This document shows, piece after piece, positions 35,721 through 49,800 of a DNA stretch of 64,000 nt. The first letter of the stretch is position 1. Every line of letters starts with the position of its first letter. Under the pieces are notes generated by a model. That model had not been told where the DNA came from, ran no database searches, and worked only from the letters and a program-made list of their open reading frames with translations. The translations under genes and the position numbers were made by a program. The stretch lies in contig CM082596.2 of NCBI GenBank assembly GCA_040954595.2, positions 5,158,791 to 5,222,790 of the forward strand. Reading direction: 5' to 3'. The DNA is from Balanoglossus misakiensis (lineage: Eukaryota > Animalia > Hemichordata).

Positions 35721-37817
35721 GGTGTAAAATGCCATGGTTCTATGTTAAATTACTGCGGTCTCGGTTCATAATGTCGCGCTCACGTTTATTCCGCGAAAAT
35801 TACTTATCAAGAATAAACTCTTTTTGAGAAAAGGAATACCACGTTGAGCCTGTCAAAATCTATCGCTCTTGTGTTCGCAATACCGTCGGTAGCCTTAGGG
35901 TTGCGAAAGTCGCCGACGGGCTCAGGACCACGGATTGAATGGATTTAGGCGTTTCCGTGATGGGATATTACATGAAGTCGTGAACGCGAAACCCAGCTGT
36001 GGCGGAAAAACCGGACAACAGTATCAGTTTTACAGGATACAGGATTGTAAACATACACGACATGTGAAAATCATAATAAGTTTAATACATGTATATCTGT
36101 AATATCGGCAAATTACAACAAGGCGTGTCCTCGGGGAGCTAGCACTGCATTGTGTCATACTCATAGACAGTGGATTGTGGAAAACCCCATTAAACTCTCT
36201 GTACTTGAAAACACGCGTACTAGAAACTGTCAGTAGTACGACTGTACAGTTTGGTGACTAACCTTCCACCAAACGGAAAGTTAGTTTACTCACAATATAG
36301 TGTACTGCATTGTGCAATACACGGCGAATATTAAAGTTGACAGGGTATTATGGCCGGTAGCCTATAGTCCTAGCCGTATTTTGTCCGACAAAACACGGCT
36401 AGGGCTAGGCTATATGGCCGACGGGTTGAACGTAAGACTGGACAACGCACACGGATGGACCTGAGAACAAACCACGACGCGAACACAATGTCGTGATGTC
36501 CCCCCCCCCCTTCCAACTCGCGTCGTCGCACCTCTTGGCAGATGGCTCGGACAACTTCATTCCCCGCAAGCCACGCTCCTTACGTCACCCACCTGCCTCT
36601 CGCCCAGTATCAAAAAAGTATAATGTTTGCCAGAGACGGATTTTTTTGTCGTCTCGTCATAAGCCGGGGCTTGTTGTACAACCTCATTGTTTACTGATTG
36701 TAAAATCTACCAGTTCAGTTACAAGGTGTAATCTCGCTTTGCAAGATACCGTGTGGAGATAGCCAGTAAATCTGATTACGTATACGAAACGTCAATAAAT
36801 TATTTGTGTCCAGTACAAGGTGCACAACGCTCGCGTCTGACCAAGCTGACACGTCACCAACCATTATTACTAAAATATTATACTATATATACGAAGTCAC
36901 TTATCGGCCGAAAATTGCAACGTTCCTCCCATTCTGATATATATATATTTTTTCCAAAGGCAGGAAACGAACGCAGTCATTGAACCGGCCTACATTATAC
37001 GTTTTCTTTAATTTTGCGTAGTAACGTATATGACTCTCATGAGATAAATAATTTGCTGCGCGCATCCTTTCTGCGGTACAGTAGCGACACTCTCTGTCCA
37101 ATTTTAACGAAATAAAATAAAGAAGGACCGATAGTGAAGTGTCTTGAGAATACTTTCCGGTTATTCAATAATGAATATTCGTCTCGCGATAAAAAAAAAA
37201 GTTACATCTCCCTTGATTTTTATAGCTCTCTACAATAAAACGGTACATTTACTATTTCCCTTCCAAATTTCATGCTTTCGATTAAAATATTACTGTTATG
37301 GCGATTAAAGGAAATTCCGCGAAAGAAAAGGGCCCGGTGAGGCAGGACTCGCGAATGACATGCGATGCGAAGTCTGTACAAACGTCGACTTGTTTTTGAA
37401 CTCATTTCCAAAACTCATAAAATCGAGTGTTTTTGAAATAAACGCCGAAGAAGGTTTTTGTCAATCCCTCGGTGTCTTACTGAGGGAGGGAAGGCGTTTC
37501 ACTCAAAAGCCAATGTCCCACAACACAGTCAACCGTCTAATTAAACGTTCGCCATATACGGCATAATCACCCCAGGTCGGTTTAATTAGATGACAACAGA
37601 CCAATCGGCGGCGCGCTCAATACACTAATAGGACCGTCTGACAGAGGCCATTGTAACACCTTTTACAACTTTTATTACTTTTTTTATCCTTCCCGTACAT
37701 TGCGTGTTGACTCTCTCTGGTGACAAATGCTATCACTAATCCGAACTACAAGCATTGCAGCAGGCATCAGTGTGTGGCAGCACCAAAGTTGGAATCGGAG
37801 TACACCGCGGCCCCAAA

Positions 37818-40800
37818 ATGACACCGTTTTCGGTTTTCTCGCTGCTCTGTCTGTGTACGGTAAGTACCATTATATTCAACTTAAAGCGGTGCGTACAGTG
37901 ACACAATTGTGGTGTCACGGCTATCTTAACACGGTATCTGTCTGGGTGGCGGTGATGTGAGCATGTCGGCGTGCGTGACGTTCAGCCTCCCGAGTCAGAG
38001 CGCGCAACTGGGAGCGTCGACCGCGCGCGCGCTGCGCTGACAATTGAAAACCACACGCTGTCGATGTCATACAGTGTACCGAGAGATTGAAACCGACATG
38101 TAATGCAAACAGCGACGGGGATTATTCGGCCGTCTTTGAAAGGGATTAAGAAACTGTGTAAACGCTGGAACCATGAAAGAAAGCGAATTGTTCATTTAGC
38201 TTTTTGAAATTTACCTTCTCCTGAACTGTGTTTTTGTTATTTTGAGTCGCGGCATAGACTGGCTATTATCCTCACACTGTGCGCGCTGTTGTCTTTATGA
38301 ACTGGCCTGTGTGGTCGAGGGTACCCATAGCGTTTGAGTGGGGATAAGTTTAAAACACGAGTGTCAATCTATATATATTCGCGCGAGACACGGGACCATG
38401 TATCTCTCTGTGTATCGGACACTTAACCGTGTTGTCGATCTAAGATCTTGGGGTCACATGTACAGTTGATAAGCAAAACACAGAGTGTGTAGACACTCGA
38501 GTACTCTGATATTCGCGGTGTCGTCGTGAAACGAGTATATACTTGGAATCACTCCAGTATGTTTGCCAAAACTGTGTGCAGATCACACGTGTATTGTGGT
38601 CCGCACCTACCCGCCTTTTGTCAGCGGACAGAAGGGGACACAGGCCGTGTTTTTTTTCAACTTTCAAACTTCATTCAGCGGTCTCGCATCGTCAAACTTA
38701 TATCTCGAGGCCAAGAAAAAAAAACCTCTCTAAACACCACCGTGTTAAGAGTTGCCGCCTATGTCTTTCAGTCTCTCGGCTTCCGTTGTCAATTTTACGA
38801 GGTTGGCAAAGGCAGGGCACCATTCCGTGGCAGAGACTCGACTCCAACCACAAGACTAGCACCGTTATGGGGCTATATACAGACCGACCGTGGCCGCGTG
38901 GCATTCTTTCGCAAAAATACACAGCCCGACATTTCCTGCAGTGCCGCTTTAACGACAGGCCTATTATTTTCAATGGGGGAAGCCGGGGAGGGCCCAACCC
39001 AATGATTTCAGGAGAGAGGGGTTTCTCAACGTTATTTTCCCAACGCAAATCCGTACGTACGCTCTGGTATAAACAACAACGCGAGTCATTTTCGACGAGT
39101 TGGTTTGATAACCCGACCATATTGACCTCCGCTTGTTTTATTGGTTGATTTGCAAACTGACAAGTGGCCTGATTAATAGCACAGTCCTTGCCACGACGTC
39201 TCTCGTAAAAACGGGCCCATCGTTTGTCCATCAGTCTTTCTGCCTTAGAAGTTATTAGTCAAGTCCGCTGCCAAACAGACGTCATAAAACTTCTCACTCC
39301 GCGGCAAGGGGGCCGTCTTAAAATTTACGGTTTTATTATTACAATTAAGTCGTAGTAATCGAAAGGTCAGGAGAATCGCACGCTTTCCTCATATTCTTGG
39401 CGATGAGTGAGAATCCTCCTCGCGGTATACCGGTAGAAATAAGTCTGTGGTCACGTTTGCATTCGACAGCGCAGCATTTTTCCTACCGTTCGGGCCTCCT
39501 TGGTTTCGCACGCTGCACGTCGTCGCGATCGTTAAAGAACTCGGGGAATGGAATATAATTCAGGGCAATTCGGGTGTTTTTGGCCTCGTCAAATTCACCA
39601 ATTTGCGGCGTGGTTCTTCAAAGGCGAGCCGCCGAACGCAGCATTGTGAGATGCGGTGGCGAGAAAAAATATTCGCGGTAATAAAACGCATCCGATATAG
39701 TGCAACTCAGCGAGTGCACCCCGGTCGAAAAGACCAATATGTTTTATTATGACTATTGATTACTACCGGCGCTGGTTTTATCGGTATGAAATAAAAACAA
39801 CTACCTTTTAAAACTCGAAAATAGAACTTAAGACCGGCGTCATGAAATAGAGTAATAGCGGCCACCCATATTTTGATAGTGACCCAGGGGACGCGTCTTG
39901 TGCATCCCCCCCCGCGTTTGTGACGCGACTTCACGCGTATGGCGATTCCTTGTGTTTTTTCCCCGCCAACTCTGTGACAGAAATGAATGTTCCATAGCGG
40001 TGAATGACTCAAGAACCCGCATTTTATCACACGATTTTGTTTTGTTTTTTTCTGCTGGTCTGATAATTCGCATGCACGCGGGGCCGACTATCAGCACGGG
40101 TGTCACAACAATAAACCCCAGAGCATGATCTCCGCTCGTAGTAAACCTGCGTGTCCATTTCACTGGTTCTATGAAACATACAAACTATTAGTGTGTATGT
40201 AATGTTTCATATAGAAACCGACATGCGCAAATTCAGAAAAAATATACCCCTGCACAGTCCATGATAAGATGCATACATTTCGTGGTCATATTTCTACGTT
40301 TATGTAACACCTGATGGTGTTTCAAGTGTTAGTTTCATATAGCCGTCATTTGAGCGAAGTAATGTACAGCATATGGTTAGAATACTTTGTTGTTGAATTA
40401 CAGAAAAAAATGTAAAACATGACAATATTGTCGCTTGTTTTACAAGCTGCTCAAGGACCTATTTACATTTCCATAAACTGGTGGTACCAGGGATATATAG
40501 TGTCAGTGTGAATGAGTGGAACAGGTGAGGTCTCTCCCCCCCCCCCTCAATTCAGCTTGTTAACGGTAATATTTGCAGCAATGTTTCGGGTTTTTAGAGG
40601 CCGGTAATCGCAAAGCGAAATACGATTCAGTGAAAGCGTTGTTTTGAGAGGATGTGGTGTCGTAACTTTGACCTTGAGTGTTGGGGTCAAGATTCGGAGC
40701 GGGAGTTGTGGGAGGGGGGGGCGACGACGACAAATACAGCACCCCTCCCCAATTTTAACTTTGAATCACCCCACTGTGTGAGTGTACACTTTTGCAGGGA

Positions 40801-43800
40801 CGCTGACAAAAATTGACGGGCGATACTATGTCAGAAACAGCCGCGGGGATGAGTGGTGCATGGGAACTGCGACAGCTAGTTGAGAAATATAATTTAAAAG
40901 TTAATTGTTACGGTGAAAGAATTTTAATACAGCCACGAGGAAAAGTTGACAGATGGACTGACAGTCACTGATGTACAGAGATAGACACACACAGACCCCT
41001 TCTTGACTGACATTAGGTAGAGGGTCCACTTCAGAGATTACACGTACATGTTTACAATTATATGTTGCAGTCCACTGATCACACTGTTTAAATTATAGCA
41101 AAGTTTTGTCAAGTGTTGTATCAACAAGCTAATAAAAACAGCCCATGTGACATTCTGCGGCCTGCTAGTTTAACCCTTTCACCACCATGGTTTGATCCAA
41201 ATCAGTTGCCTTCTATAGCAAAGTTGGACCGCTGCAAAAGGGTAACAGGGGTGAAAGGGTTAAATGGCTGGGTTTCTTTCTTTGTATCACCTGAGATTTT
41301 GTTGTCTTTGTAGACAAAAAGAAAAAGCAATGGCAAAAGTTACCATATAGTGGGTTTAGTTTTATGGAGAGTTTTATTTTACAGAAATTGGTTCAATTTT
41401 AGACTTGTGTTGAAGTAGTTTTAGTTTTGCATGAGATAGCTAGCCCTCAAAATATCTAACCAAAGTTGCATCCTTGATTTGGTTTTGTGTGCATCACGTT
41501 TACTGCATGTTTCACCACATGTTCGGCAGATACATCCCATAAACTTTTACTATATTCAATACCCAGACACCCATGGCCGGGAGTTTTGCACTGATCAGGG
41601 GAAGTGAAGCAGAACACTTCCAGATGTGCTGTGTGGAGTGGCTGTACATGTACCTTCTTCATTATGTTTTGTATCAGAAAGCAATTGCAGCACTGGTCTC
41701 CTGCAAAAATGAATCCTGCAGCCAGGCTAGCGCGATGTACTAGTTAGTTAACTGCAGATGTATTTTTGACTCGCCGTCACCCGGCAGTGGAGCGGGGTCC
41801 AGCTCAGGTCACGACCAGAGATGGCCGCAATTGTTTGAGTTGATTAGTTTGACTTAAGGGCCCGTTTAATTCCGCCTGAGTTGATTCCCGGCATCAGATG
41901 TTATTACAGAGCGGCCTTATATCGGTTTCAAAGTAGCTTAATAGTGTCATAGAGCTAGTCAATGATCTCCATTTGAAAGACTGCTACAGTTACCCAAGGA
42001 GTGGTCCCGGCTTTTCTTCACACACAGTCCCCCCCCCTTTTGAAAAACAAGTCTTCCTTTGATATACGCGCAGATCTAATTAGAAATGAGTTTAAGCAGC
42101 CGTTGCTGACAAAATGCGCTGTGGCCTGATGTGCAAGCCACTGTGTAGTTTCTCATGACCCCCACAAAGATAATTTTGTCAGGGGGGGATGAAAAGTCGG
42201 TGTTTCTTCTGTCCACTTGGGAAGTTTGAGTATCAGCTCGTAGACAGTATTCAGAAAGAGCATGGTCAGGGTTTGAATGAGGGATTTGGGATTTGTTTTT
42301 GGGAGTTGAACTCTTTAAACAAATTTTTCCATATTGCTTTACTACTATTACTAAGTTACTAAAACTTACACATAAACTAGAGTTCAATGCAAAAAAAGTT
42401 TACAAAGCATGTAAATGTAACTTTTTTTGATCTTGCAATTATAAGTACATTGATTGTACAGACTTGAGACCAAGGGCCTGTTTTCACATATACATGTATT
42501 GCTTTTGCTGAAATAGCAACAAAGTAATTATTCATGTCTCCCTGAAATTAAACTTTTAACGAAAATGGAAGCCAATTATGAGATTCAATTACATAACTCC
42601 AGGAATCATCGTTTCATTTTTTTTTTAATCTCGGAACCAAATTCCAGCTGTTCCTGGGTTAAATTCATCCCTGTGGATTATCCGGAGAACAGTGGACAGG
42701 AAAACTCCATCACTGCCGGCATGCCTGGATGTTGTCTGTCCCGAGCATGGCAAAGAGATCAGCTCTGGCAGGAACTGAGTCCCCGTCTGGGGCTAATTAC
42801 ATCGCCATGACATAATTCCTGCCTCTTGGATTACCTGATCGTCATGGCGACTGTAACATGATATTGTTTCTCGCACCTAAACGGCAGTTATAACAGGAGG
42901 GCCCTTAAGGACACGTAATTTACATATTAATTAGACAATCAAGGCAGATATGGAGGAAGAAAGAAAAAAAAGGGAAGTTCTTTTCAGGGGAACAAGGCCT
43001 TTCACACATAGTTCTATACTGTGCAGCTGATGGCTAAAGTATCTCAGTGTGAAACTTTTACCGCAGAGAAAAGTGAAAGAAAGAATGAGAAATAGGCATT
43101 TGAGGACAAAACCTCAGAATTAGACCTCAGCGAAAACATCACCCCTGCAAACCGAATGGTACGGTCCGTGGTTTGTATTTAGCTGCCTATTTTAAAGGAT
43201 CAACTGGTTGTTATAGTAACAGCATGGCCAGATGTGTGACGGATATTTTCCGTCAGTTTTGATGTCTGCCCCACTGACAGATTGTGAAAGGGGGGAGGGC
43301 AAACAGACAGATGGAAAGAGGGTGGAATGTTCGGTCTTTCATATTCTTCAGAGAAGTAAAAACATGCTGTCATTTAAATGATCATTGCAGTTTGATGAAG
43401 AACACAGTGTCATATTTACAACAGATTGCCACTGCCCCCCATTTGCAATATTTTGGGTGTCTCACTCCCAGTATTATTCGATTTGCTATGACAACATATT
43501 CCAGTTAGTATTTCCGCAATTACTAGATACAGTGCGCTATTTCCATGGCAACACGCAAGCTGTGGCGCACGTTATGGTCGTAAATCCAAATTGAATTCTA
43601 GTCTGCGGTCGCATGTTTGTAAAAGTGAAAGTCTCTGAAAGCCCTGCATGGGTATGTACAAACACCGACACAAACAGCTTGTATGAAACGCATAATAGGC
43701 AGAGACACACCCGTACATCAGATAACATGTCGACTGTAACAGTCATTCAGGACCCGGCCTTTCTCTGCAGAAACTGTTTTGGACTAAATTGTATATGCTT

Positions 43801-46800
43801 ATTTTAACAAGTATTGATGGCAGAACCTGTGTCCTTTGTCGAGCGCCTTGTTCCCAAAGTGTTTTGGATTAGGGCTGGCTCTCACTTTCAGCCCTATGGA
43901 TAGCTAATTAGAGTGTGAAGCCATCGGAGATAACGGGCTTATGTCCACCTGACCTGACTTCAAAGTCGTTGCCAGGCGAAGCAAGGTTTCATTACAAGTT
44001 ATTTCCAATGTCTGTTAGGATCTGTATAGTATATTGCATATGAAAGATTGCTGCCCTAGATTAGAAAAGTCGCCTTTTTTGACAACATCGCTAGAAGTTG
44101 GCGGGGGAGGGGGGGGGGGGGGGAGATAGTGATGTCGTTATAGTCTCACAGGCCTTCATCTTCATCTGTGGGTTAGTTTATATGACGATTTGGAGATATG
44201 AAAAGTGCATGATGTAAAGCTGGTCGGTTTTATAATTGAATTTGTCTTTGGCAGCCTTCGTGATGAGTATAGCGGGCGGATAATGGTGTGTGATAGTTGT
44301 TTATTGCGTGAACTTGTGTTCCTAGCCTTGACCTAGAAGTTGCAGGGTACAGGGGGGTGCCTCCATTCAGTAGGATCTCGGTCACGGCTTCACGCAATGT
44401 GATTTGACAATTACAATCTCTAAAAGTCTGAGTGTGGGAATCGAGACCTGTCCACAACATAGACCTGAGTCTTTTTCCGGCTGATCATTTGCATTCAGAT
44501 CATGGAGCATCAACCCCTGGCAAATTCCTGTGTACAACTTTCGAATACAGCATTGATGCAGCCATAGTACCCCTGCGCCCACATGCAGTGGATCTTAACC
44601 CTTCCACCCCTATTTCCCTGGATAGAGGTCCAACTGCACCATAGAAAACAGTGAGTTTGGACCAAACCATGGAAGCGAAACAGTCCAGGCTCCACAGGGT
44701 GGGCGGCCTGGCCAGCTCTCAGTCTGTTTCAAGTCAGCGACGTCATATACATTGTCAGTGGTTGCTACTAGAGCTTGCAGATCATTGGCAGATCTTTATG
44801 TACATCTTCCCCCGCTGATGAAGTTTGCATTAAAAATGCATGAGAAATAGATGAAAATTTTGCTAGGTTTGCTTGCAGCTTACTAAAATAACCTTTTCAA
44901 ACCCACTGCTCTGACAAGTTGGCCGGGCCCAGGAAAATACACCAGTTCGAGGTTATTTTCTCACCAGAGCGATGTTCCTGTGTCTAATACAGGTGCGCTA
45001 CGATGAGGAAGATTCTCAAACTTATGTGCCAGAACGTTATCGACAAACTACACAGCTGTCACGGTGAAGACCTACGCTGGCCTCCTTATTATGGATGCTA
45101 TTCACTGTTTTATGTTTTTTCACACTGTAATGCCAACTATCCATTCTCACAGTGTAGTCTCCAGGCAATTGTCCCTTTATTCATCTCCGTGCTTTTATCA
45201 GTAACATGCCTATACAGCACAACGCACTGGAAATTTTCATGTCAAAAGCTGCGTTGACCCTTTCAACGTCATAGTCAACTTGTTGTCACCTTTCAAAAGA
45301 TAAAACTCATAACTTTTCCCACATTTTTTCTCAGATTTTGGTGAAAACCTTAAGATAGTGGTGAATTATGTTCAACTGGTCCAAAACGAAAGAAAATATC
45401 GGAGAAAATTAGGGTGAAAATGTTAAAATGTTGCACCACTTTTGGACAGAGAAAATGTGGCATTCAAAGGGTTAATGAGTGAGGGGGATACATGGCATTG
45501 TCTGAAAGTCTTAGAATGCAGTCAGATTTAAATAGCAACGGATGGGCCATAAAACTTCTCCTTGATATGTTGGGGGACCAATTTATGCAGGTCTGGCTGT
45601 TTTATTGCTGCGAAAATCCAAAACAGAGAAGAAAGGGAGCCCTCCAAGAACAAATCCTCAGCCTTGAAAAAAAATGCAGAGACTTCGCTTTAATGCGCAT
45701 TGTGAATTACAGCTTGCATGTCAAACAAGACCGAAACAGCAGTTTGCTTCAATTTCAGACATCTATGTCTTGACTATATCGCACCACGCTTACTGGTGAC
45801 ATGGTTTTTTTTTATATATCCACGCACAAGACGCTTCCAGTTCCACAACAACAGAAGAAACCTTTCTGGCATGATGTACACGAACTAATATTACCCTCCC
45901 ATTAAACTATATTAGAGGGACCATTAATATCAGTGCTCACAACATGCAGAAAAGATTCAATAAAAGATGGCATTTTCAATGAAATAGCTTTTGAAGTCAC
46001 TCAGGCAATCACTGCCCGACTGCTGTATTGGGTTTCGTCGAGCTGGAATTTTGAAGAGGCGATTAAATGGTTTGTAAGAAGTTGACTTCAATGGAAGCTA
46101 TTGGGCGAGCTCCTAAAATGCCTTTCATCTCCTGTCGATTTGAAACCAGCCGTTTTTATCAAATAATCACTAAAATACAATTTTGCCATAAAAGAGGCCG
46201 GTGGATCTGTAGCTGCACCTTGTTAAAGTGATGACTATTTACACGCTTTCACATTGCCGGGGATCGCGACGCCCACATTGGTCGGAACTAGTAATTGAAA
46301 TCTTATATCTTCATGTTTGATGTCACCTTTTTTTTCTTCTGAAATATGCCAAAACACCGCGACGTGAATTTAGCACTGTGTGTAAAATTCATGCCCCTTT
46401 CAAAACCATTCATAAAACACGTCAGGCAGGATGTCCATTTCTGCTGTTTGATGTCGTTGAAATTTATTAGTACCAACAGCTTGCATTGCTAGTCGAAATG
46501 ACACAGCAATGTGATTCTGACATATTTTTTAGAAAGACAGAGTGTGGAAACCTACTTTGAAATTACGCCTCTGACAGTTATCTACAGGTTGTGTAAATTA
46601 GAGTTGGTTAGTTGCATTATTAGATTTAATTATTAGAGCTTGTTATCAAACAATAGAAATTAGAAAGTTAGATAAAAATTTCTGACTTTAATATAATTTC
46701 ATGCAATGTAGGACTTTCGTGGTTGCCATAGTAATAGAGAATGAGTTCCCATAACTTGGCCGTTGTATTCATAAAATGTAACTAGAGTCATAGTCTGATT

Positions 46801-49800
46801 AACAGGCCACAACGATTAATCATAAAAACCACCAAAATTAATCAAGAATCAATTTTTTATGTCCTGAATTGTCTTCATAAAAGATATGTACTAGCAACTG
46901 AATAAATGCAGTAGGGGGGGTTTATGACAATATTATACATATCATGTAATTGATGTGGTAGAGGATTTGATGCAAATTTGAATTAAGGTCAGTTTGTTTG
47001 TGTCTTTGTGTGCATGAAATACAACGTTTGGTGAGACCGGTTGATTTTAATAGGATGGATTTTACATTATTATGCTGGATGATCCACTAGGTCATATTCA
47101 ACAGAAGTATGCAAGGATTTGTGACGTTGTGGCCACCTTCCTCCTACCTATGCAATGGAGACTCCCTTACTATATGCTGAATGAACCACTGGGTCATATA
47201 TTCAACATTGGGATTTGTGACATTGCCCCCCCCCCCTCCCTACTACATATGTAATGGTGACTTCCTTACCAAGCCACTGCACATGGCTAGTTCACTTGGG
47301 TGGTTCTTGATTGATGAGGAACCCTCTCAGAAGACTCCTCATTTGTACTGGACTTGTCAGGGGGGCATCTAACTTTCACTTTTGTTATCGTTATGTAATC
47401 CCTGTTGATTTATCCCTCTTTGGGGGAAACACTGCCTTTTTTACGCTTTTTTGTTTTTTGTTCGCGGGATGATTCACTGTCCTCCGTCAAGCGCAGGACG
47501 TGACGTACGCCAAACATAAAAACAACAGTCATTTAGTCGTCCTCGACTGATTTACCTAGCAAATTTGGAAGGGATTTGACAAAGCACTGGTGAATTGTGC
47601 TCAGAGCGTAATAGCTGAGGCACAATTAAGTCGACTAGACGGGTGTTTAGTGTGTTTGATGAGCGCCTAGTTTAATTGATTAAAAAGAAGCGCACTTAGA
47701 CCTGCAGCTCGGATCGCCGACTCCATTTCACCGAATCTCACCGTCCAATTTCTCCGCCGACCACATCTGTCAGAAACTCACTGAATTAGCCGTTTCATAC
47801 ATCAAGGTGTGCCATTAAATATAAAAAAAAACCTCGCTGTCTGGAATTTAACGACAAAAAATTAAACATTTTATTCCCTTAGTCATACACTCAGTCCCAG
47901 TAGAACAGAAAGCCATCATTTTAGTCCACTAATGATGTATTTTCTAAATATTAATCCCAATTATGTCTGCCTGCATTACGGGGTTTCTTTTGTCTTTACG
48001 AGCCCTCCGAGATTGTTTCGGCAACAGTAATATATCATATCGGCCAGTGATGTGTGCCGCCGATGTGATGTTATAGAAATTACTGCTTGGCTGTTTGTTC
48101 AATAATTCCCTATTTGAAGGGCGGAAAAGGACAGTTTGATTGTACTCTGGGATAGGTGGTGGGAGTCACAAAAGTTCACAGCCTGAATGATAACAAACTG
48201 TATGGTTAAAGTGAACGCGGTGAATATTGCTGTGTCCTATTAACTTTACTGCCACAAATGAATGTGATCCAGCCAGACTTTCTGGGATATATACAAATGA
48301 TATACCCAGCCCTAATTTCTCCAATTTAGGGATTTATATTTGAAAGATTAAGATGAATTCGTCACACTGATTATTATAGTTGGTTTGTTGGCCCCTGTCA
48401 AAATGTTTTAAAATTTCATTGGAACAGTAGCGTGTGTACATGTACTGCCATTGTCAGTATCACTAAAGTAAAACCTTTTTAATGTGATTGTTTTGGTTAT
48501 CATCCAGGTGATAGCTACGTGCTGTGGTTGCCGTAGCAACGAATACACTGAAGACGGAGACTGCTGCGCGGAGTGCGAGGCCGGATACGGCGTGCTGCAT
48601 CTGTGCTCGGAGTGGAACAACACCGTGTGCGTCGACTGCGAGCCCAAGACGACGTTCTCCAGCGCGGCCAGCCACACGGAGCCGTGCCGGTCGTGCAGCC
48701 AGTGCCCGCCGCACATGGACGTCCAGTACCCGTGCAACGCCACGCACGACACGGTCTGCGAGTGCTCCCAGAACTACTACGTGAACCCGGCGGACGACTC
48801 CTGCAGCCAGTGCGACATCTGCCCGGCCGGCTACAGCGCCGTGGTGCTGTGCAGTGTCGCGCAGAACTCAGAGTGTGCCCCGTGCGACAACGGGACTTAT
48901 TCGGACGAGACCAGCACCACAGCGCAGTGTAAACCCTGTGCTGAATGCGAGGAGGATGAAGTGGTTCTCTCTCCCTGCACAAGATTTTCTAATACTATTT
49001 GTTTAGGTAAGCAGAGGTGTCCGGTTTATAGAGGTTATTCTACATGTATGTCCAAGGGACGGGAAAAGATGTTTACAGTGAAACCTGTTTAAACTGAACA
49101 CCAAAGGGACTGAAGAACCAGTTCAGTTTGCAGAGGTGTCCAGTTTATACAGGTTCTTTTAACGTGTGGTTCTACATGTATGTCAAATTTGGAAAAGGTG
49201 TTTGGTATAGACAGGTTTCCAGATTAGACAGGGTTCAGTTTAGTAGGAGTAGTATGACATATGAACTCACTTTTAACCCTTGCACCATCATGGTTGGGTC
49301 CAAATCCATTGCTGTCCAAATCCATGGGCATCTAAAAAGAGACACAAGGTGAAAAGGTTAAAGGGGAAAAATAACGGAAGTATTACACACACACAGCCAA
49401 TGCTGGTTGTCTGATAGGGACTTATAGCAGCAATGAAATATAATTGTTTCTCGGCATTACTCAGAAATGAACTAAGCAGATTTAATATCACACTCTGTGA
49501 CATAAACTTAGTCATCGGTGTTCCGCGATCACGGAGTTTTTATTGATTTCGGCAATTTGCCCCCTTGAAGTGGTAACGAGGAATGCGGACTGTGTTTGAT
49601 TAAACACCGGCAGACCCCGTCGGCATCCCTGGGCCCTAATGAAAAAAGTCTGAATCAGATTCAGGTTCTGATTGACTCATCCACCGATGATGAAGTGTTT
49701 AATCTGATTCGTGTGGGTTCAAAGCTTTGGTACGTCTTTGGTAATGTTTCAGCAGTGAGCTAGCTAAACTTTGCCAGACAGATTACAAACTGACTTCATT

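Noticed and set aside
37727-37960. 77-aa ORF as p75NTR exon 1
   Set aside because: Wrong phase at the 37859 donor; the ATG at 37818 in another frame gives a signal peptide and phase 0. It could at most be an overlapping uORF.
38440-39231. Three overlapping 159-201 aa ORFs in p75NTR intron 1
   Set aside because: No recognisable motifs, coding-like composition or convincing splice sites; the region is CpG-rich.
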